DNA of 64,000 nucleotides from a virus, in IMG/VR virus record IMGVR_UViG_3300005683_000016, positions 32,001-96,000 of that record; one strand, written 5' to 3'. Of the stretch, positions 22,039 through 32,625 are shown one piece after another (position 1 is the stretch's first letter; every line of letters begins with the position of its first letter). Both the position numbers and the translations under genes were made by a program. The notes under the pieces were generated by a model that saw nothing but the letters and a program-made list of their open reading frames with translations, had not been told where the DNA came from and did no database searches.

Positions 22039-22899
22039 TTAATCTGTATACTGTTTGAGTTGAGCCATAATTGAAGTTGGAGAATCGTTTTTACTACCTG
22101 TTCCCATAATATCCTGATTAGCAGGATCAGTACAGAAACGGATAATTTCTTCTTCATTTCTCCCTAATGGGGTTTGTGTTGCAAACAACACATATTGACC
22201 ATTTGTATTTCTAATAATGTTACGATAAATTGCTTCACGAACACTTACTACAGTTTGAAGGTATTCAGGTTCAATCTTCATAATATCTAAAAACTGAATA
22301 GCGTTTTTAGAAGACTTGTCTACATAGTCGTAGAGTTTATCAAAAGAGGTGTCTTTATTGTTACCTACTCCAATACTTACTCCGAAGATATATTTAGCCA
22401 AAAGATTAATACGATTGGAAGAAGCAGACTTAAGTTTACCCAATTCAATAAATGCTTGAGTTTTAGATTCCTTACCTTTTACCCTTTCTTCTACTTCAGC
22501 ATATTCATCGCTGGCTATAAACTTAAAAGTATCAACAGGAGAGTTCTCAATTTCTATTTCACTTGTTGCTACAATACCCATCCCACCGTTTACTTTAAGA
22601 ACGTGAAGATCAAAAGCATCCTTAGGGTTTTTAATGTCGTAAGCAGAAATGTCGTGATTAATTTTAATCTCGTAAGTGCTTAAAAATTGTTCTCCTTCAG
22701 GAGAATCAAAAGTTACACCAAAATGTTTTTCAAACCTCTCTCGAAGTTTTTTATCTTCAAGACCAATATTGTAACGATTATTAACAATAGGGATTTCCAT
22801 TGTAGTTACACAATTAGGAAATACCGACATGTTGTATCGTTCCAAACCCATCAAATTTGTACCCTCTTTAGGAGGACGTTGTTTAACAAAGATTGCCAT
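22039..22899 (-). CDS. Conserved crAss-like protein downstream of MCP
   Basis: 286 aa; position and the C-terminal 'LGRNEEEII.F...NQD' pattern fit the conserved gene after MCP. Confidence 0.6.
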   Translation of the reverse strand: MAIFVKQRPPKEGTNLMGLERYNMSVFPNCVTTMEIPIVNNRYNIGLEDKKLRERFEKHFGVTFDSPEGEQFLSTYEIKINHDISAYDIKNPKDAFDLHVLKVNGGMGIVATSEIEIENSPVDTFKFIASDEYAEVEERVKGKESKTQAFIELGKLKSASSNRINLLAKYIFGVSIGVGNNKDTSFDKLYDYVDKSSKNAIQFLDIMKIEPEYLQTVVSVREAIYRNIIRNTNGQYVLFATQTPLGRNEEEIIRFCTDPANQDIMGTGSKNDSPTSIMAQLKQYTD

Positions 22900-22952
22900 T
22901 TTAATTATATTGTTGATTGTTAGTTAATTATAAGATTAAAAGTTTAAAATTT

Positions 22953-22988
22953 AAAAAAACCCGGCAGTTTGAATCAGGGACTGCCGGG
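22953..22988 (-). terminator. Intrinsic terminator after MCP
   Basis: CCCGGCAGT...ACTGCCGGG plus T7. Confidence 0.8.
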
Positions 22989-23002
22989 AATAAGGTTCCA
23001 AA

Positions 23003-24688
23003 TTACCCGAAATAGGGTTCAAAGATAGGACGACCTGTACGGGGATTGTAAGGTTTAATCAAAAGGGATTTGGTGGGATCTTTTACCCAATAAGCCTTGT
23101 GACGTTTTTCAATATAAACTTCAAAACCTGGAACACCGGGGCCACTGGATTGATAAGGGCCAGAACGAGAAGTACCAAGGTTAGGATTATCCATGTAATT
23201 CATACGACCATTTACATAAAAGTGATTGAAATCACGATCAGGGCCATACACAATTTCATAGATGTTGTCATTTTGAGCAGTCAAGTCATCAATGATAAAT
23301 ACATAAGAACTCAAACGGTGCCCATCAACCATCGGATTTTCGAGATCATTAGCATGGATAGGATCAAGTGCAGGAACATGCACAAACTCTACCACACCAA
23401 AAGACATACGATATTTGATAAAGTTGGGAGCATCCAGATAAAGTTTCTGATTATCGTTACCAGAGATGTACTTGTCGGAATCCCAAGTAAGACCCAAAGA
23501 TTGAGCAACATCCAACATTTGACCTCTTACCAACTTAAGACCTGCAAGACCAGTACCAATACGAATTACATTTTGACCATAGGGATCAATTTTGTCTTTG
23601 AGACGACTGGTAATCCAACTTTCGAGTTTACGAAGTTGGAACTTGGGAATATTGTAATTGTAAGTAGGGCCAAGATTCATTTGTTGGAAAAGACCAACAG
23701 GAAGACGTACTTGAGTTCTACCTTCTACATCAAGAGTACCACCAGCACCCCACATAGCGTAGAATTCAACGTCACGTTCTACCATTGTCATAGCAAGTGC
23801 TTCAACTTCAGGAATCCATGTACGTTTCACAATGTCACGTGCAAGGGCTTTTTCATCACCTTTGTAAGCCTGAACAAGTGTAGAATAGTCACCTTGTCCA
23901 CTACGAGATACATCCCAAGCAGCACTGCCGGGACGAAGTTGATACATCTCAATTACTTTACGATACTCTTTAAGACCAAGAACACACTTCTGACTAATAG
24001 TAGAAAGGGCTGCATCACGAGTTACAGTAAAGTGTACGTTAGCAATACCCTGACCTACATAGTTGTAGTATTCGGTGTAACCAGTCTTAATTGTACCAAA
24101 GTCGTTGTAAGTCTGACCGTATTCACCCAAGAGAGAACCAATTTGAAAGAAGATAGTACCTGCTTGCAAGTACTCTTTGGGGAACCACTTGAGTTTTTTG
24201 TTGGTCGAGTTAAGTTTAACAGTGTAAATTACACCATCACCGTCGTTACGAATTTCATCAGCAGTAACATAAAGTTCAATACCACTGAATTTATCCGGGG
24301 TGATAATAGCACTATTACCAAAAGAACGTTTGTTAAGTTTCAACTTAAAAGTAGTTCCTTCAATACCGGGTTTGTCTACACCACTTACATCTTCTACGAC
24401 ATAAGTAGGTTGATCTGCAATTGGGGTTTTCCAAGTAAAAATGTGTCCGTCCATTTGGAGAACACGATTTTGACCTTTACCAATCAAATCCCACATGCCC
24501 GGACGTTCCATATAACCTGTGGTTATCCAAGGAGTAATCATACCGAGATCTGTGGCATCTTGAGCCTTACCTGCTTCCATTTGCATCAGGTGGGCTTTGT
24601 CAAGGTGTACATGGTAATCATACTCCCTCTGTTGGAGGTAGATACCATTTACAAGTGTTTTTGGAATCGTTTGAACATTGGTTGTCAT
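23003..24688 (-). CDS. Major capsid protein
   Basis: 561 aa in the order portal - scaffold-like - MCP. Motifs 'PG..G.TF.LKL', 'GLFQQ', 'TG..G', 'FVH.PALD' and C-terminal 'WVKDPTKS' typical of crAss-like MCP. Confidence 0.85.
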   Translation of the reverse strand: MTTNVQTIPKTLVNGIYLQQREYDYHVHLDKAHLMQMEAGKAQDATDLGMITPWITTGYMERPGMWDLIGKGQNRVLQMDGHIFTWKTPIADQPTYVVEDVSGVDKPGIEGTTFKLKLNKRSFGNSAIITPDKFSGIELYVTADEIRNDGDGVIYTVKLNSTNKKLKWFPKEYLQAGTIFFQIGSLLGEYGQTYNDFGTIKTGYTEYYNYVGQGIANVHFTVTRDAALSTISQKCVLGLKEYRKVIEMYQLRPGSAAWDVSRSGQGDYSTLVQAYKGDEKALARDIVKRTWIPEVEALAMTMVERDVEFYAMWGAGGTLDVEGRTQVRLPVGLFQQMNLGPTYNYNIPKFQLRKLESWITSRLKDKIDPYGQNVIRIGTGLAGLKLVRGQMLDVAQSLGLTWDSDKYISGNDNQKLYLDAPNFIKYRMSFGVVEFVHVPALDPIHANDLENPMVDGHRLSSYVFIIDDLTAQNDNIYEIVYGPDRDFNHFYVNGRMNYMDNPNLGTSRSGPYQSSGPGVPGFEVYIEKRHKAYWVKDPTKSLLIKPYNPRTGRPIFEPYFG

Positions 24689-24739
24689 TTTTTCTTTTTT
24701 TAATTTAATTTAATTAAAGTGTTAGTTGTTAGTTAATTA

Positions 24740-25873
24740 TTACAGTGAAAGAGGCCATTTATAGTATTTTTCTTTGACCGGAGTTTCTTTTCGAGAAGAG
24801 TCCGGTTTAGAAACACCTCCACCTATTTTTAATCCGTTACTTTTTTTGATGTCTTTTACTACTTCGTTAGTTACTTGAGTAACTGCTCGTTTAGTGTAGA
24901 CATCTTCGAACTTTTCAGGATTAGTAAGCAAAAGAGTTGCAAGAGCAAGATTTTCAAGCGAACCCTTTTTATCGTACTTGTTAAAGAAGATGATTGCTTC
25001 AAGTGGAGTCATAGTTACTTTCTTACCTCCGTGAATAGTTACTTCCATTTCATCATTGGTTAAGAAAGAATAGACTTGACTCAAATCTTCTTTGTTAAGT
25101 TTTACTCCTTTGATTTGTCCTTCTTTTAGGACATTGATAACTCTTTGGGTATAGTCTTCGGAAACCTTTTTTTCCAACTCTCGAAGATTTTTTTGTTCTT
25201 CTTCCTTTTGTCGAGCAATATTTTCTGCTTCGAGATCCAGTTTAGGTTTAATTCGTTTTGCTTCTTTTTCCATCAAACCAGCGTCTTTTAACTCGCTAAT
25301 TTTCTCATCTATTTCTTCAGAGGTAAACTTGTCTTCATTTTTGTACCACTGACGAAGAATTTTTTCCTGATCGTATTCGTTTTCTGCGTTTAGAGATTTG
25401 ATCTGATTTTCTTCGACCAAAGTTCTAAGAAACTGATCTACATTTTCTCCCTTAGCGTTTACGTCATACTTAATAAGACGCTGAGAGTAGTCTGACAAGG
25501 AGGTGAAAAAAGAGTCAAAAGATTCTTCTACTTTTTTATTAATGTTTACTTCTAAAAACTTGGTCAGTGTTTCTTTAGTTACAGGAGCGTTTTCATCAAA
25601 GTCTTCCCAAACTTCACTATAACCAAGATCTACGAGTTCATTAATTGCAGTAACGTAAACTTTTTCATCGGTTTCTACTTCTTCCTCTTCTTCTTCTTTT
25701 ACAGAAACACCTTTTACAGGTTCTTTTTCTTCTTCCTCTTTAACAGGAGGTTCATCTTTTTTTGGTTCTTCTTTCTTTCCGAAGTCTAAACCAATGATGT
25801 CGGAGAATTCTTCGTCGTTAATTACTTCAGGATTACTAAATTCAAGACCGATTGATGTACTGTCGATTTGCAT
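24740..25873 (-). CDS. Acidic coiled-coil protein (putative scaffold)
   Basis: Glu-rich 377 aa between portal and MCP. Confidence 0.6.
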   Translation of the reverse strand: MQIDSTSIGLEFSNPEVINDEEFSDIIGLDFGKKEEPKKDEPPVKEEEEKEPVKGVSVKEEEEEEVETDEKVYVTAINELVDLGYSEVWEDFDENAPVTKETLTKFLEVNINKKVEESFDSFFTSLSDYSQRLIKYDVNAKGENVDQFLRTLVEENQIKSLNAENEYDQEKILRQWYKNEDKFTSEEIDEKISELKDAGLMEKEAKRIKPKLDLEAENIARQKEEEQKNLRELEKKVSEDYTQRVINVLKEGQIKGVKLNKEDLSQVYSFLTNDEMEVTIHGGKKVTMTPLEAIIFFNKYDKKGSLENLALATLLLTNPEKFEDVYTKRAVTQVTNEVVKDIKKSNGLKIGGGVSKPDSSRKETPVKEKYYKWPLSL

Positions 25874-25973
25874 AATTGTTGGTTTAAGATAATGATAATA
25901 TTAATTTTCTACAAGTATAACTTACTAATAACGTTTGTTACGATAAATTAGATTAGTAGTCATCTTAATGATT

Positions 25974-28691
25974 CTACTTTGAATATTTGTTTTTGTTTGT
26001 TTTTGCAATTAATAGATCGTTTTGAGATTTCTTTAAATCTGCTAATATTTTCTCTCTGCTAACATTTATTTTTTCTCTTTCGAGATCTAACTTGGATTGG
26101 TTAAGATTTCTATCTTCTACCGCTTTTTGCTTGTTCATATCAGCAGTAATCCTGTCTCTGTTAAGAGAAGTTAAAAGAGAATTATAGGTTGCTTTTTCTT
26201 TATCTTGAATTTGTTTAAGTTTAAGAAGTTCCTCATAACCGTCTCCTTCACTGAATTGAGACTGACCTATTACTCTGATTTCAGCAATTCTTTCTTCAGA
26301 TTCTCTATCAAGTTGTTTTTGGCGTGCTTCTTCTTCAAGTTTGGTTTGAAGCATTCTTTCTTGTGATTCTATTTGTTGTTGAACTAAGGATTGTTCTTGT
26401 TGATATTTTTGAGTTTCTTCTATTTGTTTTTTTAAGTTGATGTCTTTAAGTTTAGTATGGAGTTCAGAAACGCTTTTAGTACTTAAAGCAGTCACTTTTT
26501 CGTACAGATCTGCTCCCATTGTGTTATCTTGAAGAACCAGAGTTTTAATAGTCTGAATCAGAGAGTTGTCATCTATGCTTGAAGAGACGTAAACCCCTAA
26601 AAGATGAAGACTTAAATCTTCAGGAATAGAAAATATTTGACGTTCTCCTTCATCAGTGATGTACATTTTGGTTGGGTTGTTACCTCGAATGTCGTGGTAT
26701 TTAGCACATTCCAACATGGTTTGTCTAACAGACTCAAAGAGGGAGAAGTGTTCATCATACAAAGGTTTTAGTTGAGTTACACTTCTTTCAATTCCTTGTT
26801 GGATTCCTGTAGCAGTCTCGGAGGGTGAGATGTCTCCAAGAATCTGAGGAGAAAGTCCTACTTGAAGTAAGCATTCGTTCTTACATATTTCGGCAAGTTT
26901 TGCTTTTTCTAAAATCTGAGTAGTTACAGTGAGGTCTACTTCTTGTCCATAACCTCCAGTTGCAGCAAGCCCTGACTGTCCTGTATTTCCTAAAGAAGAA
27001 TCAACAGGGCCTACCTGTGTATCCCTTGCTGTGAGAATCCACTTCATGTAATTTTGTCTTCCCCACTCTTCTCCCATTGATTCTTGGGGGATGACATTTT
27101 GATTCATCAAAAAGAACTTACCTATTTCTCCCTTGATTAGTTGGTCGTTTCTATTCCATAAATAATTATAGAAAACCTGCCAAGGTTTACACTTATCTAC
27201 TAAGGTGATAGGATCATTATACTTGTTGGTTCTTGGGCCACCGTGAACAGGAATATAAGAACCGTATCTATATTCAGGTTTGGAAAGTTGAAAGGGATAT
27301 TTTTCTAAGGTAATCCAAATATCATCGTTGTTATCCGGGTTGGGATTTGTAGAGAGGTTGATCTTAAGAACCCTCCACAACTCATTGGTGTAGAACCAGT
27401 CTATGTGTTCACCATAAACCAAGGTTCTTTCTGTCTTTTCTTTTAAGATTGTAGTGTCATAAACAGGGTCTATGGTAGGTTTATAATACTCGTCCACTAT
27501 AGAGGAGACTTTTTCTCCTCCATTGGTCATTGTTAACTTTCCTAACTTACGGGGAATTTGGAGATACATGTGACAAATCTCCACAAGTCTTTCTTTATAC
27601 TCACCTCCTCTGTATCTATCATCTGTGTATTTAGAACCTCCTATTTCTCTGAACGCTAAGTAGTTTTGAGCAGCCTCTATATCTCCAGGAGTGTCAAGAT
27701 TGTATCTTTCGTTCGTGTTAATGTTAAGAAGAGTTCGATAGTGAATATGAAGGCTCTCCAACTTTTCCATACTCTCTTCGTCCAGTTTGGAACCAAAGCG
27801 AGTAATTAAGTTAAGAGGAGATTCGTATTCGTGCCACATGAACATTATCCCTTCACTTACATCGTCTATATAGGGACTCTTAAGATAAGCACAATAACGA
27901 GGATCTAAGACTTGAACAGAATAATCTGACTCAGAAAGGTTTACATGAACAAAAGGATGGTCTGTTACCAACTTATTAAAGAAGGCTTGTTTTTCTATGT
28001 CGTGTAACTTATATCTTCTTTGATCCATTTGAAGAGTATGATTGGCCCAATTCTCTGTTTCCAATCGAAACTCTTTTGCCATATATTTTTGGATTTTTGG
28101 CATCTGTTGAAACATTTCCATTTGTTGTTGGTAGACATCTGGGTGTGTTTCAGGTGTTACTCCTTGACTTTCAAGATCAGCGTTAAACTGTTCTTGGAGG
28201 GGTTGAATCAACATTTTTCGTAGAAGATTGTTTTTTTCTTCTACTATCATGTTTACTGCTTCTGGATTAACTGCTATTGCGGAGTAGTTAGTGTAGTTTT
28301 TGGACAACTCTCCTACTAACGTATTTATGATGTTAGGAATAATGGGGTAGAATTTAAGATCAAAATCTAAACTCTCTCCGTCCATTAATTCTAATTCTGC
28401 TTTATACTCAGAGTCTTGTTTAACGTAATCACTTGTATCAATTATCCCATAGGCTAAGTTAAACTTTTTATTAATAGCATCTCTGTGACGATTAATCTGT
28501 TGTCTACCTATCCATTCATAGTGATAAACTAATTGTTTAATCTTAGCAAAGTCATCCTTTTCTTTTTCTTCCTCAGAAAGAACAAAGGAATAGTCCATTG
28601 TTCCGTCTGTGTTCTGTTTGGTTCCCGGAATTACCTTCTTGGGTAATTTGGGTTTCATTCCTAATTGTGGTCTTTGATTTGAAGTAGTCAT
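25974..28691 (-). CDS. Portal protein
   Basis: 905 aa with FYPIIPNIINTLVGE, 'KPWQ..YN..WN', 'ETATG..Q' and a C-terminal coiled-coil barrel; follows the terminase. Confidence 0.85.
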   Translation of the reverse strand: MTTSNQRPQLGMKPKLPKKVIPGTKQNTDGTMDYSFVLSEEEKEKDDFAKIKQLVYHYEWIGRQQINRHRDAINKKFNLAYGIIDTSDYVKQDSEYKAELELMDGESLDFDLKFYPIIPNIINTLVGELSKNYTNYSAIAVNPEAVNMIVEEKNNLLRKMLIQPLQEQFNADLESQGVTPETHPDVYQQQMEMFQQMPKIQKYMAKEFRLETENWANHTLQMDQRRYKLHDIEKQAFFNKLVTDHPFVHVNLSESDYSVQVLDPRYCAYLKSPYIDDVSEGIMFMWHEYESPLNLITRFGSKLDEESMEKLESLHIHYRTLLNINTNERYNLDTPGDIEAAQNYLAFREIGGSKYTDDRYRGGEYKERLVEICHMYLQIPRKLGKLTMTNGGEKVSSIVDEYYKPTIDPVYDTTILKEKTERTLVYGEHIDWFYTNELWRVLKINLSTNPNPDNNDDIWITLEKYPFQLSKPEYRYGSYIPVHGGPRTNKYNDPITLVDKCKPWQVFYNYLWNRNDQLIKGEIGKFFLMNQNVIPQESMGEEWGRQNYMKWILTARDTQVGPVDSSLGNTGQSGLAATGGYGQEVDLTVTTQILEKAKLAEICKNECLLQVGLSPQILGDISPSETATGIQQGIERSVTQLKPLYDEHFSLFESVRQTMLECAKYHDIRGNNPTKMYITDEGERQIFSIPEDLSLHLLGVYVSSSIDDNSLIQTIKTLVLQDNTMGADLYEKVTALSTKSVSELHTKLKDINLKKQIEETQKYQQEQSLVQQQIESQERMLQTKLEEEARQKQLDRESEERIAEIRVIGQSQFSEGDGYEELLKLKQIQDKEKATYNSLLTSLNRDRITADMNKQKAVEDRNLNQSKLDLEREKINVSREKILADLKKSQNDLLIAKTNKNKYSK

Positions 28692-28694
28692 CCT

Positions 28695-28724
28695 ATAATA
28701 TAACTCTTTTTAAGAGTATGTCAA
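28695..28724 (-). promoter_or_regulatory. Candidate late promoter TTGACA-N13-AGTTATATTAT
   Basis: Identical 11-mer and spacing to the element at 2327-2356. Confidence 0.5.
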
Positions 28725-28745
28725 ATTTTTTGTTCAATTATTTTA

Positions 28746-30890
28746 CTATTTTACAAAGGGAGATCTTACTCTTTTAAATTGAGTAGGTACTTTAGATCTA
28801 AAAGCACTTGGTAATTTGGTACTAATACTTTTAGGTGTATCTTTAAAAGGATTTTTAACTCCTGTTATAATGTGACGATTGGTATCTGATTGTACTGCTA
28901 TAATTGCCAAAAGAGTTGCTACAATTCTATCGGTGTTTAACTTGGGGGTAAATTTGAGCATCTCTTTGATTAACATTGGATCTCTTAGTTTAGACACGTT
29001 GTAAATGTCGTGAGATTCTCCTGTTTCCATATCAAAAGCAGTAGATATAGGAGTTTGTAACCAAGCAATTAATTTCTCTAAGGCCCTTTGTTTAAAGTTT
29101 GCTTCCATTCGTACTCCTATCTCATCTCTAATCGTAGTGTTGGGACTTAACTCGTTAATTACTGTAAGTTCTCTTCTTCTCATTAAAAATCTGGATTTAC
29201 CTTGTCTGATCATCCATTCAGTAAAGTCTTTAACGTTAGATTCTACTGCTGTTCGAGCGTTGTACCATTCAATAATTAGGGAGCATTGTTCGTAGGTATC
29301 TCTTACGTTTTTATGTCTTCCTATATACTGACATACGGGGTAGGGTTCTACTATTTTACCGTCTCTTTCGTGAGTTCCTATCCAAACAGTTATTGCCATC
29401 AAAGAACCTGACGTTGAAGTATCTAAGTTATAAATAGGGTCTACTCCTGCATAATAAAGACCAAAGGGAGGTTTATCTATTGGAAATTCATAGACTATAA
29501 TTGCTCCCCTATTATCTTCGTTGGGGTTGGGTTTTAGTTTCTGAATGGGTACATTATCAGAAAACTTGTGGATTATTTTTCCATGAAAATCTTTTTCCAA
29601 AGAAACTATGATAGGCTTTTCTCCTATTAGAAGTTGTTCTTGCTTTTTTAAGAGTTCAGTGGGGAAACGATTATCTTCTCGTTGGTCAAAAGCATCTTGT
29701 AAGGTTAAAGGGTGTTGAGACTTGTACATTTTAAGTTCGGCCTCACCCGCTTGTTTTGCTTTTGCTGCTTCTAACTCAATATACTTAAGGGCGAGTTGAA
29801 TATTTGAGTTTCCGTGTTCATCGTAACACTTAACAATCTCTCCAGTTTCTTCATTCTTATAAGTGTAATTCCAGTAATCAGGATAAAAAAAAGCAACAGG
29901 TTCTAAAGTACCTGAGAAAGTATCTTGTACAGGTCTAATATTATACGCAGTAGGGTTGAAACAGAAGTCTTGTAAATCAGCAGCATCTCGTAGTTCACCT
30001 ACACTACCCATTGCAATAAACATCCCTGTTTTTACACCACCCATTTTTAAGTTATCTTTTACATATCCAAAAACTTTTTTAAGGTTATTATAGATACCTG
30101 CTTCAGTAGCATAAATATATCTGGCAGCACCACCCACAGATTTTGCAATATTCTTTTTAGTAGTTGCTCCTTTAATACGAGTTTTATTTCCTTTAAAAAA
30201 GGCTCTTTTATTTATTGTTCCTTCAGTGACTAAAACTTTTTGTTCCCAATTTAAAGACTCATTAGGTGTAAACTGACGATACCAACCTGTGTTTGAGTTT
30301 AACCAATCTCTGTATCCTTCCATAATAGCCCACTCCATTAACACGTATTCTTCTTCCATCCCTACTATTTTTGTAGTACTTTTTTTACCAAACCATACCT
30401 CTTTGGTTAAAAGCGCCATTAAAAATAGTGAAATCCCGCGCTGACGACATTTTGTACCAGCAGCGTCTTGATCTTCTAATTCGCACAAATCTAAATATAA
30501 TGCAAGATGGTATTGTCCATCAAACAAATCAGGAAATGTTTCACACATTTCTAACTTGTTATAGATAGGAGTATAATTAATAAACCAATAATAACTTCCG
30601 GGTATAAATACTCCATCTACAATAATTCCCTGCTCACACTTTCTCCTTTCTATTAACCAAAAATCTTTATATTCTTTGGACTTTTGGTGATAAGGAGTAT
30701 ACCGTTTTTCTTTTTTATAATAAAGAGCAGGTTGTCTCCAATTTTCTGTTCCGGTAAAATTGTATTCTCCGGGTAATTTCCAGTTAGATTTGACAAAAGC
30801 GAGGTAAGTTTGATAAGTTTCAAACCTTCTTTTTGTCCATTCTTTTGTTTTAGAATCGTATTCTAATATAGATTTTGGTTTCCAGATCAT
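28746..30890 (-). CDS. terL: Terminase large subunit
   Basis: K.RQRG.S Walker A-like motif, TEAG Walker B, and nuclease motifs YYAGVDP and 'NTDRI'. Confidence 0.88.
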   Translation of the reverse strand: MIWKPKSILEYDSKTKEWTKRRFETYQTYLAFVKSNWKLPGEYNFTGTENWRQPALYYKKEKRYTPYHQKSKEYKDFWLIERRKCEQGIIVDGVFIPGSYYWFINYTPIYNKLEMCETFPDLFDGQYHLALYLDLCELEDQDAAGTKCRQRGISLFLMALLTKEVWFGKKSTTKIVGMEEEYVLMEWAIMEGYRDWLNSNTGWYRQFTPNESLNWEQKVLVTEGTINKRAFFKGNKTRIKGATTKKNIAKSVGGAARYIYATEAGIYNNLKKVFGYVKDNLKMGGVKTGMFIAMGSVGELRDAADLQDFCFNPTAYNIRPVQDTFSGTLEPVAFFYPDYWNYTYKNEETGEIVKCYDEHGNSNIQLALKYIELEAAKAKQAGEAELKMYKSQHPLTLQDAFDQREDNRFPTELLKKQEQLLIGEKPIIVSLEKDFHGKIIHKFSDNVPIQKLKPNPNEDNRGAIIVYEFPIDKPPFGLYYAGVDPIYNLDTSTSGSLMAITVWIGTHERDGKIVEPYPVCQYIGRHKNVRDTYEQCSLIIEWYNARTAVESNVKDFTEWMIRQGKSRFLMRRRELTVINELSPNTTIRDEIGVRMEANFKQRALEKLIAWLQTPISTAFDMETGESHDIYNVSKLRDPMLIKEMLKFTPKLNTDRIVATLLAIIAVQSDTNRHIITGVKNPFKDTPKSISTKLPSAFRSKVPTQFKRVRSPFVK

Positions 30891-31666
30891 TTATATTTCC
30901 ATTTAAATCCCGCTGATTTATGCGTTTTACCTCTGAGACAAGATATTACAGAAGTCTTACTTACTCCACAAAATTCAGCAGCATCTTTTATACAATTCCA
31001 CTCCTTAATAAAGTTTCCATCTAAATCATATTGTAATATAGACTTAGAGTGTTTACTACTACCTCTTGAAGGCCACGTTCCAGGACGTTTGTAGGATTCA
31101 ATTTGTAGTCCTTTATATTCAAAAAACCACATCGTATTTTTAAATTTCTTTAAATGTCCTTTTAAACATTTTCGTAAAGTATTATACGGTATTCCTGTGC
31201 CTTCGGAAGCAAGAATAATTGAATCCCATTTCTTTATAAAATCTCCCTGAGTAGAATATTCAAATACACATTTTACAGTATGATGATTACTTCTACCTTT
31301 ACTTTTAAAAAACTCTTTTATTTTTTCTACTCTTTGACTTTTAACTTTATCTGGTAGTTTAAATCCAGACGTTCCTCCCGGAACTACGTTATATCCATGT
31401 GTAACACTTTGATAATAATTTATCCAAAAAATTTCTCGTTTGTTCAAATTTTTCGCAGAACAATACTCTATAACATAGAAGAATAAATTTTCTTTTCCAT
31501 ATTTATTATATGCTCTTTGTAGTTTAGTGCAATTACTTTGATTTTTACTAAGATCTCTATAATGACTATTTTTTCTTGTTTGTAAATTTGTAGTTAACCC
31601 TATATATCGCTTTCCGTTAACTATATTAAATATACAGTATATTCCTGATTTATTTGTTAATTTCAT
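30887..31666 (-). CDS. GIY-YIG homing endonuclease with NUMOD1 repeats
   Basis: SGIYCI...RYIG...RE..WI..Y...GYN and 'QYDLDGNFIKEW' repeats. Confidence 0.9.
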   Translation of the reverse strand: MKLTNKSGIYCIFNIVNGKRYIGLTTNLQTRKNSHYRDLSKNQSNCTKLQRAYNKYGKENLFFYVIEYCSAKNLNKREIFWINYYQSVTHGYNVVPGGTSGFKLPDKVKSQRVEKIKEFFKSKGRSNHHTVKCVFEYSTQGDFIKKWDSIILASEGTGIPYNTLRKCLKGHLKKFKNTMWFFEYKGLQIESYKRPGTWPSRGSSKHSKSILQYDLDGNFIKEWNCIKDAAEFCGVSKTSVISCLRGKTHKSAGFKWKYK

Positions 31667-31676
31667 ATTTTAATGA

Positions 31677-32201
31677 TTAATCGTCATAATCGCTTTCATA
31701 ATCTTCATCTACTGCGTTTTGAGCATCTCCTCTGTTTCTTTGAAGTTCTTGCTTGTAAGCATTTTCTGCTTCTTGATAAGCCTTGAGAATTTGAGGTAAA
31801 GATTTAATAGTCTGGACTATCTGAGATAAGTTGCCGTCTCTACCATCAGAGATTTCAGTCTCACTTAAGAAGGACGAGATGTTTTCTACTGCTCTCTTTG
31901 CTCCTGCGAGAATCTTTCTTAAGGGAGAAAAGTAAAGACGTTCTGCTTTATCTATAGCCTCAGACATTTCAATAGACTGGAGATACTTTTGTACAGGAAA
32001 GTCTTTAAGTACTTGAGCCTCTCTCTCATGTTCTTCAAAGTTCATATAAGGACTTTGTGGATCGTACATCCCCCAAATGTACATGAAGGGAAGAGTGTCT
32101 CCTTGAAAGAACTCTAAGAGAGCATTAAATTCAGGTATGGCAAATATAGTCTCATCCAGAATTATTTTATTCTGACTGACCGTTAGTATTCTTGGAAGCA
32201 T
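31677..32201 (-). CDS. Conserved protein upstream of terminase (possible small subunit)
   Basis: 174-aa helical protein with 'DPQSPY' and 'DGRDGN..Q' motifs and an acidic tail; position upstream of terL. Confidence 0.5.
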   Translation of the reverse strand: MLPRILTVSQNKIILDETIFAIPEFNALLEFFQGDTLPFMYIWGMYDPQSPYMNFEEHEREAQVLKDFPVQKYLQSIEMSEAIDKAERLYFSPLRKILAGAKRAVENISSFLSETEISDGRDGNLSQIVQTIKSLPQILKAYQEAENAYKQELQRNRGDAQNAVDEDYESDYDD

Positions 32202-32625
32202 TAACGGGAATTAGTTTAGTATGAACGGCTCCAAATTGCTCCAAAAGATTCATCCATTGAGTTTCGGTAGCCTTAATGTGATATTGCATAAATTCAGAAT
32301 TGACACGAGAATAACAATCCACCACTACAATTTGGCATTCGTTATCTTCATCCCATTCTTCTACCCAATTAGAAAAAACTTTGTCACACAAGTTAAAGTT
32401 CATTCTTTTGTAACCTGTTTTGTATTTAGGTTCTACAGGTCGCTTAAGATTTCCAGTTAAACCTAAACGAGATGCTTCTTCAAAGTCATTTTCATATTCT
32501 TCTAAAGCCTCGTTGTATTCATCTATTTCTCTTTTGGTTATTTTACCACTTAGGATGTTCAGTTGTACAAAAATGTGATCATCCAAGACTTTAGTGATGT
32601 CTGTGTTATTAACAGTATCCTGCAT
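32167..32625 (-). CDS. Hypothetical protein
   Basis: Likely start MQDTVNN at 32625. Confidence 0.6.
   Translation of the reverse strand: MQDTVNNTDITKVLDDHIFVQLNILSGKITKREIDEYNEALEEYENDFEEASRLGLTGNLKRPVEPKYKTGYKRMNFNLCDKVFSNWVEEWDEDNECQIVVVDCYSRVNSEFMQYHIKATETQWMNLLEQFGAVHTKLIPVNASKNTNGQSE

Noticed and set aside
23099-24703. 534-aa antisense ORF over the capsid gene (and 100-240 aa ORFs over 19980-21998)
   Set aside because: Exactly in register with the sense codons and explained by avoidance of TTA/CTA/TCA; the translation has no protein-like features.
25974-30890. Inteins or introns in terminase/portal
   Set aside because: Lengths are ordinary for crAss-like homologues, and no intein splice motifs or frame breaks are seen.
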